From: Phoronis australis
Lineage: Eukaryota; Animalia; Phoronida
Assembly (NCBI GenBank): GCA_002633005.1
Contig: NMRA01000019.1
Coordinates: 874,099-938,098, forward strand
Reading direction: 5' to 3'
Length of the DNA stretch: 64,000 nt
In this document: positions 63,537-64,000 of the stretch, one piece after another
How the letters are laid out: every line of letters starts with the position of its first letter
Numbering within the stretch: the stretch's first letter is position 1
The notes under the pieces: generated by a model
What the model was told of the DNA's origin: nothing
The model's input: the letters and a program-made list of their open reading frames with translations, nothing else
The model's database searches: none
Program-made: the position numbers and the translations under genes

Positions 63537-64000
63537 CCTTGTTTACAAGCAAAGTACTGCCCTAAAAAATACTTTCAGATTCTGTCATTGTGATTTGTAA
63601 TGCGCATAGGGGTTTGCGCATTTCCTTCGCTTTTCCCACCGTTAGATGTCACGGTTATCGTTTTGTGTTTCCGCTGCTCTCAAAAGGTGACGCAACAATA
63701 GCAACAGGCTCTGAAAGGCACATGAAGTCACAAACCAGAGATGTACATTAATTTACAAAGGATATAAAATGGTCTTTGCTGCCTCCAGTGAATTAGACCT
63801 CAGACAGTTGCCATAACGTCCAGGGCACTAAACGTCTACATGCAGCCTATGTTGTATTTCCAGTGTGAGTGGCCATCAGTCAACGGTTACAAAAGATCTT
63901 TTTACACATAGGCCTAAACAGGAAACATAGGGACAGCTAACGAAATTTCTACCCATGAGTTGCAAGAAACTGTTTTGCATACACTATCTGAGAGTTTAGT

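Noticed and set aside
1-64000. CRISPR arrays, prokaryotic defence operons, tRNA/rRNA genes, intact transposase or reverse transcriptase ORFs
   Set aside because: No regularly spaced repeat-spacer array, no recognisable structural RNA and no long TE ORF were seen. The sequence is spliced eukaryotic DNA.

Overview
AT-rich, intron-containing animal genomic DNA, probably from a marine invertebrate deuterostome (inference only). It is not prokaryotic: I found no operons, CRISPR arrays or RNA genes. Five spliced genes were rebuilt by hand from splice signals and phase continuity. They are the last exon of FAM136A (+), complete MED28 (-, 4 exons), an unannotated Thr/Ser-rich mucin-like gene with an N-terminal membrane anchor (+), an LRRC74A-like LRR plus EF-hand gene (-, 13 exons), and ZFYVE28/LST2 (-, 13 exons). 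Introns and intergenic DNA carry many MITE/foldback-type inverted repeats, microsatellites and decayed THAP-domain remnants. Two ~1.2-1.3 kb near-identical duplications abut single-N gaps and are probably haplotype or assembly redundancy; one of them duplicates ZFYVE28 exon 5. I found no convincing novel multi-gene system. The best leads are the mucin-like gene, its predicted 3' antisense overlap with LRRC74A-like, and the extended LRRC74A-like tail.
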